Shown: piece by piece, positions 28,395 to 38,800 of the stretch
Numbering within the stretch: position 1 is the first letter of the stretch
Layout of the letters: each line of letters begins with the position of its first letter
Source of the DNA: Armatimonadota bacterium
Lineage (GTDB): Bacteria > Armatimonadota > UBA10988
Reading direction: 5' to 3'
Assembly (NCBI GenBank): GCA_016235455.1
Contig: JACRKZ010000113.1
Location: forward strand, 1 to 48,121
Length of the DNA stretch: 48,121 bases
Position numbers and translations under genes: made by a program
Notes under the pieces: generated by a model
Told to the model about the DNA's origin: nothing
Databases searched by the model: none
Seen by the model: only the letters and a program-made list of their open reading frames with translations

Positions 28395-29378
28395 ATGGCT
28401 CGTCGCTACGCCCTCTTGCTCGCCGCGCTGCCGTTGGCCTTGCTGGCCGGCTGCGCCAAGGCGCCACCGCCCGAACCCACGCCCGCGCCAGCCCCCCAGA
28501 AGGCCGACGGGCCGGCGCCGGCCGCCAAGGGCACCATCGGTGTGTCGCTGCTGACCATGGCCAATCCGTTCTTCAAGGACATGGGCGATGCCATGGTGGC
28601 TGAGGGCAAGAAGCACGGCTTCGAGGTCATCCTCACCGCTGGCGAGAACGACCCGGCCAAGCAGAAGGACCAGGTCAAGGACTTCATCGTCAAGAAGGTC
28701 TCGGCGATCATCCTCTGCCCCTGCGACTCGCGCTCGGTCGGCACCACCATCGCCGAGTCCAACGCCGCCGGCATTCCGGTGTTCACCGCCGATATCGCCA
28801 GCCTCGACAAGACTGGCAAGGTCGTCTGCCATGTCGCCACCGACAACTACGCCGGCGGCAAGCTGGCCGGCGAGACGGTGGTTGAGCTGCTCGGTGGCAA
28901 GGGCAAGGTGGCCATCATCGACCATCCCGAGGTCGAGTCGGTCATCCAGCGCACCAAGGGCTTCCACGACGTCGTCGACAAGGTGCCCGGCATCAAGGTC
29001 GTCGAGCAGCTGCCCGGCAAGGGCGCGCGCGAGGAGTCCTTCAAGACCGCGCAGGACATCCTGGAGAAGCACCCCGACCTCGACGCCATCTTCGCTATCA
29101 ACGACCCCTCGGCGCTCGGGGCCGTGGCTGCCATCGAGAAGGCCGGCCGCCAGGGCAAGATCAAGGTCATCGGCTTCGACGGCATGCCCGAGGCCAAGCA
29201 AGCGGTGAAGGACGGCAAGATCGCCGCCGACATCGTCCAGTACCCGGACAAGATCGGCGAGACGGTCGTGCAGAAGATCGTGGACTACATGGCCGGCAAG
29301 AAGCCCGAAGCCCAAGTGCTCATGGCCACTGGCGCCTACAAGAAGGCTGACGCCGACAAGGACGCCAAGCTCAAGTGA
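28395..29378 (+). CDS. Sugar ABC transporter substrate-binding lipoprotein (RbsB-like, CUT2)
   Basis: Lipobox LAGC; IGVSLLTMANPFF, AGIPVFTAD, ATDNYAGG, IFAINDPSALGA, IGFDG. Confidence 0.93.
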   Translation: MARRYALLLAALPLALLAGCAKAPPPEPTPAPAPQKADGPAPAAKGTIGVSLLTMANPFFKDMGDAMVAEGKKHGFEVILTAGENDPAKQKDQVKDFIVKKVSAIILCPCDSRSVGTTIAESNAAGIPVFTADIASLDKTGKVVCHVATDNYAGGKLAGETVVELLGGKGKVAIIDHPEVESVIQRTKGFHDVVDKVPGIKVVEQLPGKGAREESFKTAQDILEKHPDLDAIFAINDPSALGAVAAIEKAGRQGKIKVIGFDGMPEAKQAVKDGKIAADIVQYPDKIGETVVQKIVDYMAGKKPEAQVLMATGAYKKADADKDAKLK

Positions 29379-30655
29379 GCCAACGACTGCGGCGCCTTGT
29401 CGATAGCCAGGGCATGGTCCTGGTGCTGGTGGCCCTGTGCGGATACTTCGCCTGGGCCACCTACGGTCTCGAGGCCCCCACCGGACCGGCCGCGGCGGCC
29501 GCGCTGGCCGAACAGGCCGGCAGCACGTCGGGCGTGGTGGTGGTGGCCGGCATGACCCCCGAAGAGGAGGCTTTCGCCCTGGCGGTGACCGAACGCCTGG
29601 CCGCGCTGGGCCGGCCGCCGCTGGCGTCGCTCCACGGCGATCCCTCGACCGTGCGCGAGGGGCTCGACGCCTTGGCCACGCGCGGTCGCAAGGTGGAGTT
29701 GGTCCTCGCCACGCAGGGCTGCGCGGCCTGGTCGGTCTTCGGCGAACTCCGCGTCGTGACGCCCCAGGCGCGCAAGCGCTCACTGTTCCTGGCCAAGAGC
29801 AACCTGCGCAACATCGCCGACCAGATCGCGGTGATCGCCATCATCGCCGTGGGCATGACGGCCGTCATCATCACCGGTGGTATCGATCTGTCCGTCGGCA
29901 GCCTGCTGGCCCTGGCGGCGGTCGGCTGCGCCTGGCTGGTCAGTCGCTGGGGTGGCGAGCGCGCCGGCCTGGGCGTGCTGCTGCTGGCCGCCTCGTGCGC
30001 CACGCTGCTGTGCGGATTGGTGGGCCTGTTCTCGGGCCTGATGATCACCCGCTTCCGCATCCCACCGTTCATTGTCACCCTGGCCATGATGCAGGTGGCT
30101 AGCGGCCTGGCCTTCATGCTGGCCAAGGGCCAGTCCATCTACGACCTGCCGGCCAGCTGCACATGGCTGGGCCGTGGTGCCGACCCGCTGCTGGGCGTGC
30201 CTTTCGCAGTGTGGCTCATGCTGGCCACGTATGCCGCGGCGCAGTTGGTGATGACGCGCACGACCGCCGGCCGCGCCGTGTACGCCGTCGGCGGCAACCC
30301 GGAGGCGGCGCGCCTTTCGGGCCTGCGCACGCAGAGCACACTGCTGTGGGTCTACCTGGCCTCGGGCCTGGCGGCGGGACTGGGCGGCGTCGTCACGGTC
30401 TCGCAGCTCAAGGCCGGCGCGCCCACCTACGGCGTGATGTACGAGCTGTACGTCATCGCTGCCGTGGTGGTCGGCGGCACCAGCTTGTCGGGCGGACAGG
30501 GCTCAATGCTGGGCACCCTCGTCGGCGCCTTCATCATCGCGGTCATCCGCAATGGCATGAACCTCATGGGCATCGAGCCCTACACGCAGAAGGTCGTGCT
30601 GGGAATGGTCATCCTCTTGGCGGTGCTGCTGGACATGCTCAAGAAGCGGCGCTGA
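29375..30655 (+). CDS. Sugar ABC transporter permease (RbsC-like) with an extra N-terminal domain
   Basis: GGIDLSVGS, IPPFIVTL, YAVGGNPEAARLSG, YELYVIAAVVVGGTSLSGGQGS; GTGA overlap with the binding-protein stop. Confidence 0.93.
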   Translation: MSQRLRRLVDSQGMVLVLVALCGYFAWATYGLEAPTGPAAAAALAEQAGSTSGVVVVAGMTPEEEAFALAVTERLAALGRPPLASLHGDPSTVREGLDALATRGRKVELVLATQGCAAWSVFGELRVVTPQARKRSLFLAKSNLRNIADQIAVIAIIAVGMTAVIITGGIDLSVGSLLALAAVGCAWLVSRWGGERAGLGVLLLAASCATLLCGLVGLFSGLMITRFRIPPFIVTLAMMQVASGLAFMLAKGQSIYDLPASCTWLGRGADPLLGVPFAVWLMLATYAAAQLVMTRTTAGRAVYAVGGNPEAARLSGLRTQSTLLWVYLASGLAAGLGGVVTVSQLKAGAPTYGVMYELYVIAAVVVGGTSLSGGQGSMLGTLVGAFIIAVIRNGMNLMGIEPYTQKVVLGMVILLAVLLDMLKKRR

Positions 30656-30692
30656 TGCGGCGCCGAACCGCGCACAAGCCGTCCGATTGTTG

Positions 30693-30977
30693 GTAGTTCC
30701 GCCTCCAGGCGTATGGCGCTGCCATCGCTGGGCGCCTGCCCGAACCAGTGCCGGACCGCCACGCCTTAGCATGGCATCGGGTCTGGGACCCGACGTTCCC
30801 AGCGGCATCGCCACCAGGCCGTCGCCATGTCGACCTGGGACCTCGCCTCCGGCCGATGCCTATCTGGCGATTGGCCTACCAGCACTGGCGACGCTGACTC
30901 CGAGTGGACGCGCCATTCGCTTGGAGGCGGAACCACAAACGAGCACCATCGTTGTTTGCAGTTCCGCCTTTGGGCGG
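30693..30977. repeat. Cluster of three GTAG-family REP-like palindromes in alternating orientation
   Basis: GTAGTTCCGCCTCCAGGCG (30693, +), GTGGTTCCGCCTCCAAGCG (30936, -), GCAGTTCCGCCTTTGGGCGG (30958, +), lying between convergent genes. Confidence 0.75.
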
Positions 30978-31003
30978 CACGCACTGAACCTGCCGATGGT
31001 CCC

Positions 31004-34000
31004 CTATGGCAGCGTCACCGTCCGCTGCGCCCGGCTGACCGCGCCGTTGGCGGCAACGGCCGTGGCTTCGAGCAGGTAGCTGCCGGCCGGCAGAGCGCGC
31101 CCGCTCTCGTCCGCGCCATCCCAACTCAGCGCCAGCGTGCCGGCGGTCTGCTGGCCGTAGCTCAGCGTGCGGGCCAGCTTGCCGCCCAGGCCCTTGACCA
31201 GCAACGTCACCTCGGCCGGGGCAGAGAGCGTCATGCTCAGGCCCACCGCACGACCGCGGGTCGGGCTGGCACTCAGCGAGGTGATGTCGGCGCGAGTCAC
31301 ATGGCCGAGCCGCGCCGTCAGGCGCAGGCGGCGCTCCTCGCCGGCGCGCTCGGGGGCGTAGGTGTAGCCCGTGCGCGTGTTGAGCAGCGTCACACGACCC
31401 GACTGCAGGTCGGTCATCTCCAGCACCACGCCGCGCGGCAACTCGCGCAGCAGGCCGGCCCAGGACAGCGTCACCGGCTGCACCGCGCGGCTGGTCACGG
31501 CCAGATCCCAGGTCTGTGCGGCGCCGTCGCTGGGCCTTACCTCACCCGCGGCGCGCCCGCTGTTGGTGACGACGGCCAGCGTCACCGAGCCTTCGCCTGA
31601 CACGGCTGGCGGGGCCAGGATGGTCAGCGCGCGGCTCATCGTCGCCGAGACACCCACCGCGGCGCCACTAACCGCGCCATCGGCGCCCGTGGCGGCCAGG
31701 TTGACCAGCCAGTTACGCGCGCTGGGTGCGGCGGGCGTGCCGCGCTGAGCACGACCGGCCGCCGGCCGAGGGATCTCCAGGCCGGCGTTGTCACGCTCCG
31801 AGAAGACCCACATGCCGGCGCAGCGCGGCACCGTGGTGCTCGTGCCGAAGGTCGGCATGACCAGCGTGTAGCGGCTGTTGACCGAGTCGTAGGTCCAGGC
31901 GTACGGATGGACGACTTCCCACGCGGCAGCCAGATCCATGGTGGCCACCGGCGCGTTGTTGTGCTTGGCGATCATGTCCTGCAGCCGCCAGGCGACATCG
32001 GCATTGTAAGGGTTGGCCACTGCGTTCCAGCCCATGCCCAACGGCAGCGTGTAGCTCGGGTCGTTGACCAGAGCACCCATGGTCCGCAGCGTCGCCGGCG
32101 CGCTGAGCTTGAGCCACAGGCCGCGACCCGGCACGAAGTTGTACGCCACCGGCGCGCTGGCCAGCGCGCGATCGAGCTCGACATTGGCGTGGCCGCCCGC
32201 GTCGTAGCGTGCCAGTCGCCAGTTCCCAGCGCCGAGCACGCCGGCGGGCGTGGGGTCGTCGGGCGTCTGCGGCAGGCCGATGAAGTGCACACCGGTAGCC
32301 AGGCTGAGGGTCGTGGACGGCCGGAAGGTCAGCGTCAGCGTGTTGGCCAAGGCCGTACCGCCGACATTCACGGTCAACACCACCGCGCCGGCCGTCGTAC
32401 CGGTGACGCTGGCGGTGCAGACACCGTCGGCGCCCGATGCGCTCACGGTGCCCACGGTCGCGCCCGTGGCGGGCACCGGCACGATGGTCACCTGAGCCGC
32501 ACCGGCGCCGCTGACCAGGTTGCCTTGGGCATCGCGCACGACCACCGAGACCATCGCCGCGCTCTCGCCGTCGGCCGGCAGCGTGGTCGGCGTAGCGCTT
32601 GCGGTCGAGGTGGTCGCCGACGGCGCGCCCGCCGCGACCACGCTGGTGAACGGGCTACCTCGCAACGCAACGCCGCCCAGGCTGACGGCCACCGCGTCGT
32701 TGCCGGCCAATGTCGGGGTGTACGTTGCCGTATAGGTGCCGTCGGCGTTGTCGGTCACGGTGGCCGTCGCGGTGTTGGCGCCGGTCACAGCCACCGCCAC
32801 CGTCGCGCCGCCCACCAGCTGGTTGTGGCCGGCGATGTCCTTGAGTTGCACCGCGATGGTCGTCACCGCACCAGCCACACCGGCCGGCACGGTGGCCGTC
32901 GAGGTGCCCGCCGCCGGCGTGCCGACCCCCACGGTCGTGGTGAACGGGCTGCCCGGCACGGCGCTTCCGCCGAGGGTCACGGCCACGCTGTCGTCGCCCA
33001 GATTGGTGGGCGTGTACGACAGCCGGTAGGTGCCGTTGGCGTTGTCCACGACGGTCAAGGTGGCGGTGTTGGCGCCGCTCACCGCACCCGCCAGCGCAGC
33101 GCCGCCCGTGGTGCGCAGCGTGCCATCGGACTGATAGAGCTGCACGGCCACATCCGTGCGGGCACCGGCGAATGTCGCCCCGGCCAGCGTCGTGGTCGTG
33201 CGCGTCGCATCGGTCACCTCGCCCGCGTCCGAGAGGGCCCACTCCGAGAAGCCGGTGACGCCGGTGGCCACGGCCCGACCGCTGGCCACCGTGGCGTTGT
33301 GGCTCTCCCACTGCTGGCCAACGCCGGTGTAGCGGCAGATCTGCACCTGGCCCGGCGTGGCCGAGGCAGTGGGCAGGTCGATGCTCACCGTGTAGCCCGC
33401 GCCCGTCTCATTGAACTGCCAGTACTGGCCGCCGTTGATGTGCACGGCCCGGTTGGGATGGTCGCCGGCCACGAGCACCGACTGCAGCTGCGTCAGCGTG
33501 CCCCTGGTCACCACTGTCACCTTGGCCTGCGTCAAGCCGAAGTCGAGCAGCCCGGTCGCGGTGACCGGCAGTGTGCGGCTGATGCGGCCGTTGTTCGTGA
33601 ACGCACCCGTCACGGTGATGGCCGCCGAGTTGGCGGCTTGGATGACACGCGAGTTGGGGCCGACCAGCAACGAGCCGAGGGTCAGCGGCGCAGCCGCGGT
33701 GAACGCCTGGTCGCCGGTGCCCACGAACTGGAGGCCACCGGCGTTGGTGTTGAGCGCGCCGGCCACCGTCACGGGGCCACTGACGGTCAGCGGCCCGGCC
33801 ACGGTGATGCTGGCGGAGGGCCCGACGGTGACGCCGCCGAACGCCGTCGCGCCGGTCACATCCGCGGTGCCCGTGAACGTCATGAGGTGGTCGTTGTGGC
33901 TGAAGATGGCGCCGGCGTTGTCGAAGTTGCCGCCGACCGACCAGTCACCCGTCTGCGCGACCGTGGCGCCGCTGGCCAAGGAGACCGAACCGAGCGTGCC

Positions 34001-35638
34001 ATGGCCCCGGAAGGTGCCGGTGCTTTGCACGCGCAGCGAGCCGGTCACGACCAGCGTGGTGGCCGAGGAATCCAGCACGCCGGCCACAAGCGCCGGGCCG
34101 TTGACCGTCATGGCCGTGCCCGAGTCCACCTCCTGGCCGGCCGGCACCAGGAGGCCGTTGAGCAGCGTGGTCGACGGCAGCACATGCACCGTGGCGGTGG
34201 CAAAAGCCAGATCGGCACCGGTGGCCGTGGCATCGAGCGTGCCACTGGCCGTGGCCGAGCCGCGCAAGGTCAGGATCGTCGACGCAGCCAGGTTGAGCCG
34301 GTTGGTCACGGTCAGCGCGTCGAACCCGGTCGAGCCGGTGAGCACGGACGGCGAGCCGCTGAAGGTGACGCGGTTGCCGCCGGCCGCGAACGTGCCGGCG
34401 TTGGCGAAGTCGCCGACCACGGTCAGGTCGTCGACGAGCGTCAGCGTCGCGCCGGCCGCGATGCTGACGGCGCCGACGGTGCCGTCGCCGGTGAACGAGC
34501 CGCCAGCGACGGTCAACGTGCCGGTCGCGGTCAGCGGTACGAACGAGCAGTCGACCGCGCCGCTGGACACGGTCAGGCCGGCCACGTTCAGTGCGCCGGC
34601 GCCCACCAGCGACGACGGGCCGATGACGGTGAGCGTGCCACCGGTCAGCGTGACGTCGCCGTCGTAACTGAGGCTGCCGCGCAGCGTGTAGTCGCCGACG
34701 CCGGTGAGCGCGGTGCTCGTGCCGCCGGCGATGCTGCCCACATAGCCCTGCACGAGCATGGCCGCGGGCGGCAGCGCACGGGTCCCGCCACCGCTGGGCG
34801 CCAAGGTCGAGGGCAGGTTGCTGTAGAAGTCGAGCTGGCCGCCGTTGGCGGCGGTGAGCGCGCCGGTGTACCCGAGCGTCGAGGCGGTCTGCACGGCGAG
34901 GACGGTGCCGTCGATGGTCAGGTCGGCGAACGTCGTGGCCCCGGTGTAGGCCGCCGTGCCGCCACCCGTGATGGTCACGGCGAAGCCGTTGCTGACGAAG
35001 CCGCCAGTGCTCGCGTCGGTCCACGCGCCGCTGACCGTTAGCGGGCCGAGCAGCGTGAGCGAGGCCAGCGTGTCGATGGTGAGGTTGTGCAGACTGCCTA
35101 CCACCTGCGCGGTCGCCCCATCGCGCACGAAGAACTGGTCGGTAGCCGACTGCGTGACCGTGCCTGTCTGCTGGCTGAACGAGCCGTAGATGTCCATGCC
35201 GCTGCAGGTCATGTCGGTCGAGCGCACCACGCTACAGCCCGGATTGACGACGATCCGCGAGAAGGCGTTCGTGGGCGGCAGGTTGCGCACGCCGGAGCCC
35301 GCGACCGTCAAGGTGGCGCCCGGGTCACCAGCCAGGTTGAGCGCGCCGGTACCGGTAGTCGTGATGTCGCCGCTGTACTGCAGATCGGCGCCAGCACCCA
35401 TGAGGGTTAGCGAGCCGCCATTGTTCACCTGGGCATTGCGAATCGGGTCGGTGGACCAGACCTCGACCGCATGGCCAATGACCGCGTCGTCGGTGGCGCC
35501 GGGCACCGCTCCGCCCCAAGTGGCCGCAGACTCCCACGTACCGGCCTGGACGGTGGTGAACGTCGCCGCCACCGCTCCGCCCGCCAGCCACAAGGTGATC
35601 AGCGCGGCCAACCTGCCGCTAGAGATGACACGGTGCAT
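31004..35638 (-). CDS. Large secreted surface/adhesin-like protein (~1544 aa): G8-like start, beta-solenoid-like repeats, two filamin-like Ig, Big_1/invasin-like Ig, C-terminal FlgD-Ig-like domain
   Basis: Signal peptide; GTWESAATWGGAVPGATDDAVI; Thr/Gly/Ala-rich repeats; 2x DNA(N/D)GTY...YTPT..G...V.LGG....GSPF; TLPADGES...VRDAQGN; LSWDGADESGRALPAGSYLLE. GGAG RBS before ATG 35638. Confidence 0.85.
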   Translation of the reverse strand: MHRVISSGRLAALITLWLAGGAVAATFTTVQAGTWESAATWGGAVPGATDDAVIGHAVEVWSTDPIRNAQVNNGGSLTLMGAGADLQYSGDITTTGTGALNLAGDPGATLTVAGSGVRNLPPTNAFSRIVVNPGCSVVRSTDMTCSGMDIYGSFSQQTGTVTQSATDQFFVRDGATAQVVGSLHNLTIDTLASLTLLGPLTVSGAWTDASTGGFVSNGFAVTITGGGTAAYTGATTFADLTIDGTVLAVQTASTLGYTGALTAANGGQLDFYSNLPSTLAPSGGGTRALPPAAMLVQGYVGSIAGGTSTALTGVGDYTLRGSLSYDGDVTLTGGTLTVIGPSSLVGAGALNVAGLTVSSGAVDCSFVPLTATGTLTVAGGSFTGDGTVGAVSIAAGATLTLVDDLTVVGDFANAGTFAAGGNRVTFSGSPSVLTGSTGFDALTVTNRLNLAASTILTLRGSATASGTLDATATGADLAFATATVHVLPSTTLLNGLLVPAGQEVDSGTAMTVNGPALVAGVLDSSATTLVVTGSLRVQSTGTFRGHGTLGSVSLASGATVAQTGDWSVGGNFDNAGAIFSHNDHLMTFTGTADVTGATAFGGVTVGPSASITVAGPLTVSGPVTVAGALNTNAGGLQFVGTGDQAFTAAAPLTLGSLLVGPNSRVIQAANSAAITVTGAFTNNGRISRTLPVTATGLLDFGLTQAKVTVVTRGTLTQLQSVLVAGDHPNRAVHINGGQYWQFNETGAGYTVSIDLPTASATPGQVQICRYTGVGQQWESHNATVASGRAVATGVTGFSEWALSDAGEVTDATRTTTTLAGATFAGARTDVAVQLYQSDGTLRTTGGAALAGAVSGANTATLTVVDNANGTYRLSYTPTNLGDDSVAVTLGGSAVPGSPFTTTVGVGTPAAGTSTATVPAGVAGAVTTIAVQLKDIAGHNQLVGGATVAVAVTGANTATATVTDNADGTYTATYTPTLAGNDAVAVSLGGVALRGSPFTSVVAAGAPSATTSTASATPTTLPADGESAAMVSVVVRDAQGNLVSGAGAAQVTIVPVPATGATVGTVSASGADGVCTASVTGTTAGAVVLTVNVGGTALANTLTLTFRPSTTLSLATGVHFIGLPQTPDDPTPAGVLGAGNWRLARYDAGGHANVELDRALASAPVAYNFVPGRGLWLKLSAPATLRTMGALVNDPSYTLPLGMGWNAVANPYNADVAWRLQDMIAKHNNAPVATMDLAAAWEVVHPYAWTYDSVNSRYTLVMPTFGTSTTVPRCAGMWVFSERDNAGLEIPRPAAGRAQRGTPAAPSARNWLVNLAATGADGAVSGAAVGVSATMSRALTILAPPAVSGEGSVTLAVVTNSGRAAGEVRPSDGAAQTWDLAVTSRAVQPVTLSWAGLLRELPRGVVLEMTDLQSGRVTLLNTRTGYTYAPERAGEERRLRLTARLGHVTRADITSLSASPTRGRAVGLSMTLSAPAEVTLLVKGLGGKLARTLSYGQQTAGTLALSWDGADESGRALPAGSYLLEATAVAANGAVSRAQRTVTLP

Positions 35639-35806
35639 CGACGGTTCTCCCTCCGGCCGGCGTGGCGCCGGACCGCTGCCGCCCCTCGATGAGGCGCGGC
35701 CAGTATGCCACAACCAAAGCCAGGGCCGCAAATGGAGTCCGCAACTTGGCCAGCGGGAAGAGGAGACGGTCGGCCGCTCGCCAACCAGCGAGCGAGGATC
35801 ACCTGT

Positions 35807-38800
35807 ATGCTGCGCTTCTCTGTTGCCTGCTGTCTGCTCGCCTGCGTGGGGGGTGCCATGGGCCTGGATCTCTACGTCGCCCCCACTGGCCAGGACACCA
35901 ACGCCGGCCGTTCGGCCGACGCGCCGCTGGCCACGCCACAACGCGCGCGCGACCTGCTGCGTGAGCTCAAGCCCGCCGGCACGTCGACGGTCCACCTCGC
36001 CGCGGGTGCCTACCACTTGGCCGAGACGCTGGCGCTGGGCGCCGAGGATTCGCGCGTCACCTGGCAGGCCGAGGGCCAGGTGCAACTGCGCGGCGGCCGG
36101 CCGTTGACCGGTTGGCAGCCCTTCCGCGGGCCCATCGTGCAGTGCGATCTCAAGGCCAACGGCCTGGCCGGCAAGTCCTTCGAGCAACTGTTCTTCGCCG
36201 GTCAACGCATGATCCTCGCACGCACGCCGAACGTCGACGCCGACGACCCGCACGGCGGCGCCTGGGCGGCTGTCGCCGATGTCGACAAGGGCAGCAAGAC
36301 CGTCTTCACCTGGGGCCGTGACATCAAGCCCGAGACCTGGGCCAGGCCGGCCGAGGCGCGGGTCTGCATCTTCCCGAGCTGGGACTGGGCCTGGAGCCGG
36401 GTCAACGTCAAGTCGGTCGCGCCGGAGACCAGGCAGGTCACGCTGGCCGGCAACACCGCCTACGAGATGGCGCTGGGCGACCGCTACTTCGTCGAGAATG
36501 TGTTCGAGGAGCTCGACGCACCCGGCGAGTGGTACCTGGACCGTGCCAAGGGCACCGTCTATTTCTACCCACCCCGACCGCTGGACCAGGGCGACGTGGT
36601 GGCACCGGTGCTGCGCGACCTGATCACTTTGCAGGGCGCGAGCGACGTGTCCCTGCGTGGCTTGACCGTCGAGGTGTGCGACGGCGATGCGGTGCGCATG
36701 AGCGGCAGCACCAACTGCGCACTCGTGGCCTGCACCGTGCGCAACTGCGGCAACTGGGGCGTGGTGCTGGCCGGTGGAACCAAGTGCCAGGCCACCGGCT
36801 GTGACGTTTCCGAGACCGGTGCGGGTGGCATCAACATCGACGGCGGCAGCCGTGACACGCTGACGCCGGGCGGACACGTTGCCGACAACAACCACATCTG
36901 GCACCCGGGCCGCTTCCAGCGCACTTACAACTGCGGTATCAATCTGGGCGGCGTGGGCAATGCCGCCACGCACAACCTGATCCACGACACGCCGCACGCC
37001 GCGGTGGCGCTGAGCGGCAACGACAATCTGTTCGAGTACAACATCGTCCACCACACCAACTTGGAGTCCACCGACACGGGCGGGCTGTACTACTGCTCGC
37101 GCGACTGGACCATGCGCGGCAACATCATCCGCTACAACCTGTGGCACGACCTGGGTGGGTTCGGCAAGGCCAGCTCCTGGAACCCGGTGCAGGGCGACCG
37201 CGTGAACTACGAGTACCCGCACTTCACCTGGGGCATCTACCTGGACGACCCCACGTCGGGCACCACCGTCTACGGCAACATCCTCTACCGCGTGCCCATC
37301 TGCGGCCTGCATAACCACGGCGGCAGCGACAACACCTGGGAGAACAACATCGTCATCGACTGCCCGGCGCTCAACGAGGGCATGTTGTGGCGCGAGTGGA
37401 ACGAGTACCCGGGCATCATCGCCAAATGGCGCGAGCGGACCAAGCCGGGCTCGCCCTATCTGGCCAGGTACCCCGAGCTGGCCACGAACTACTCCGCCGA
37501 GCAGCCCGAGGCCATGACCGGCGTGCGCTTCCTGCGCAACATCGTCTACTACACGGTCGAGGGCACCAAGTGGCTGCGCGGCGAGACCGGCGCCGGCGAC
37601 CGCCAGTTGCTCTATTCGGTGTCGATGCGGGATGCCGATTGGGGCCGGAATGAGTGGGACTACAACACCATCTACTGCCCGCCGGAGCTGAACCTGTCGA
37701 TCAGCCTCGACCGCAAGCCCAAGCCCGGCGAGAAGCTGACCTGGGAGCAGTGGCGCGCCACCGGCGCCGATGCCCACTCGCAGCTGGCTGACCCGCTGTT
37801 CGTCAACGCCGACCGGTTCGACTTCCGCCTGCGGCCCGATTCCCCGGCGCTGAAGCTCGGCTTCAAGCCCATCCCCGCGGACAAGATGGGCTGCTACGAG
37901 AGCGCCGACCGGGCCAGTTGGCCGCTGGTCATTCGGAGCGTCGAGACCAAGCCCACCCGGCGCTGGGTCGTGCTGCCGCAGTATGAGCGCACCGACCCGC
38001 GACCGGTGGCCGCACGCGACGGGCTGAGCGCAACCGTGGCCAAGCTGACCGCCGGCGGGCCGGTGCGCATCGCCTACTACGGCGGCGGCATCCATGGCGC
38101 CGGTGGCTGGCGCGGCGCGTTCATCAAGCAACTGGCCGCCGCCTACCCCAAGGCGACCATTGAGGCCATCGACGGCGGCATCACCGACGCCGTGCGCGGC
38201 TCGGGCTTCAGCACTTACCGCTTCGGCCACGACATCCTGGCCAAGCGGCCCGACCTGGTGCTGGTCGACTACGCCTCGGACGACTACCAGACGCCCGTGC
38301 GAGATATCCAGCGCGCCGTCGAAGGCGTGGTGCGCCAGGCACGCGGGGCCGATCCCGCGCCCGACCTGCTGTTCGTCTACGCCTATCGCGACGGCTTCGA
38401 GAAGGACTACGCCGAGGGCAAGACGCCGGCCACCATCACCGCCTACGAGCGCCTGGCCGATCGCTACGGCATCCCGTCGGTGGACTTGGCGTGCCGCGTC
38501 GCCGAGCAGGTGCGCGGCGGACAGATGGCCATCAAGGAGCCTGCGGCCGGCGGCCAGAAGCTGTTCGGCCGCAACGGCGTCATCCCTGGTCCCGACGGCG
38601 AGGCGCTCTACGCCGCGGCGCTGGCCGAGGCCTGGCCGACGTTGGCCAAGGTGACCACGCGGACGCGAGCGCTGCCCAAGCCGCTGACGTTGGACAACCA
38701 GGAGCGCGCGCGCCTGGTGGCCATTCGGCCCAGCATGTTGTCCGGCGCCTGGCGCGAGTTGGCCGCCGACGATCCGCTGCGGCGGCAGGAGGCGCGGCAG

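Noticed and set aside
25836-29783. 1315-aa kinase with a long N-terminus
   Set aside because: The extension is antisense to the ABC genes; recognisable domains begin after 28214.
30655-31004. CRISPR array or MITE with target duplication
   Set aside because: Only three repeats, in alternating orientation with unequal spacing; no cas genes and no target-site duplication seen.
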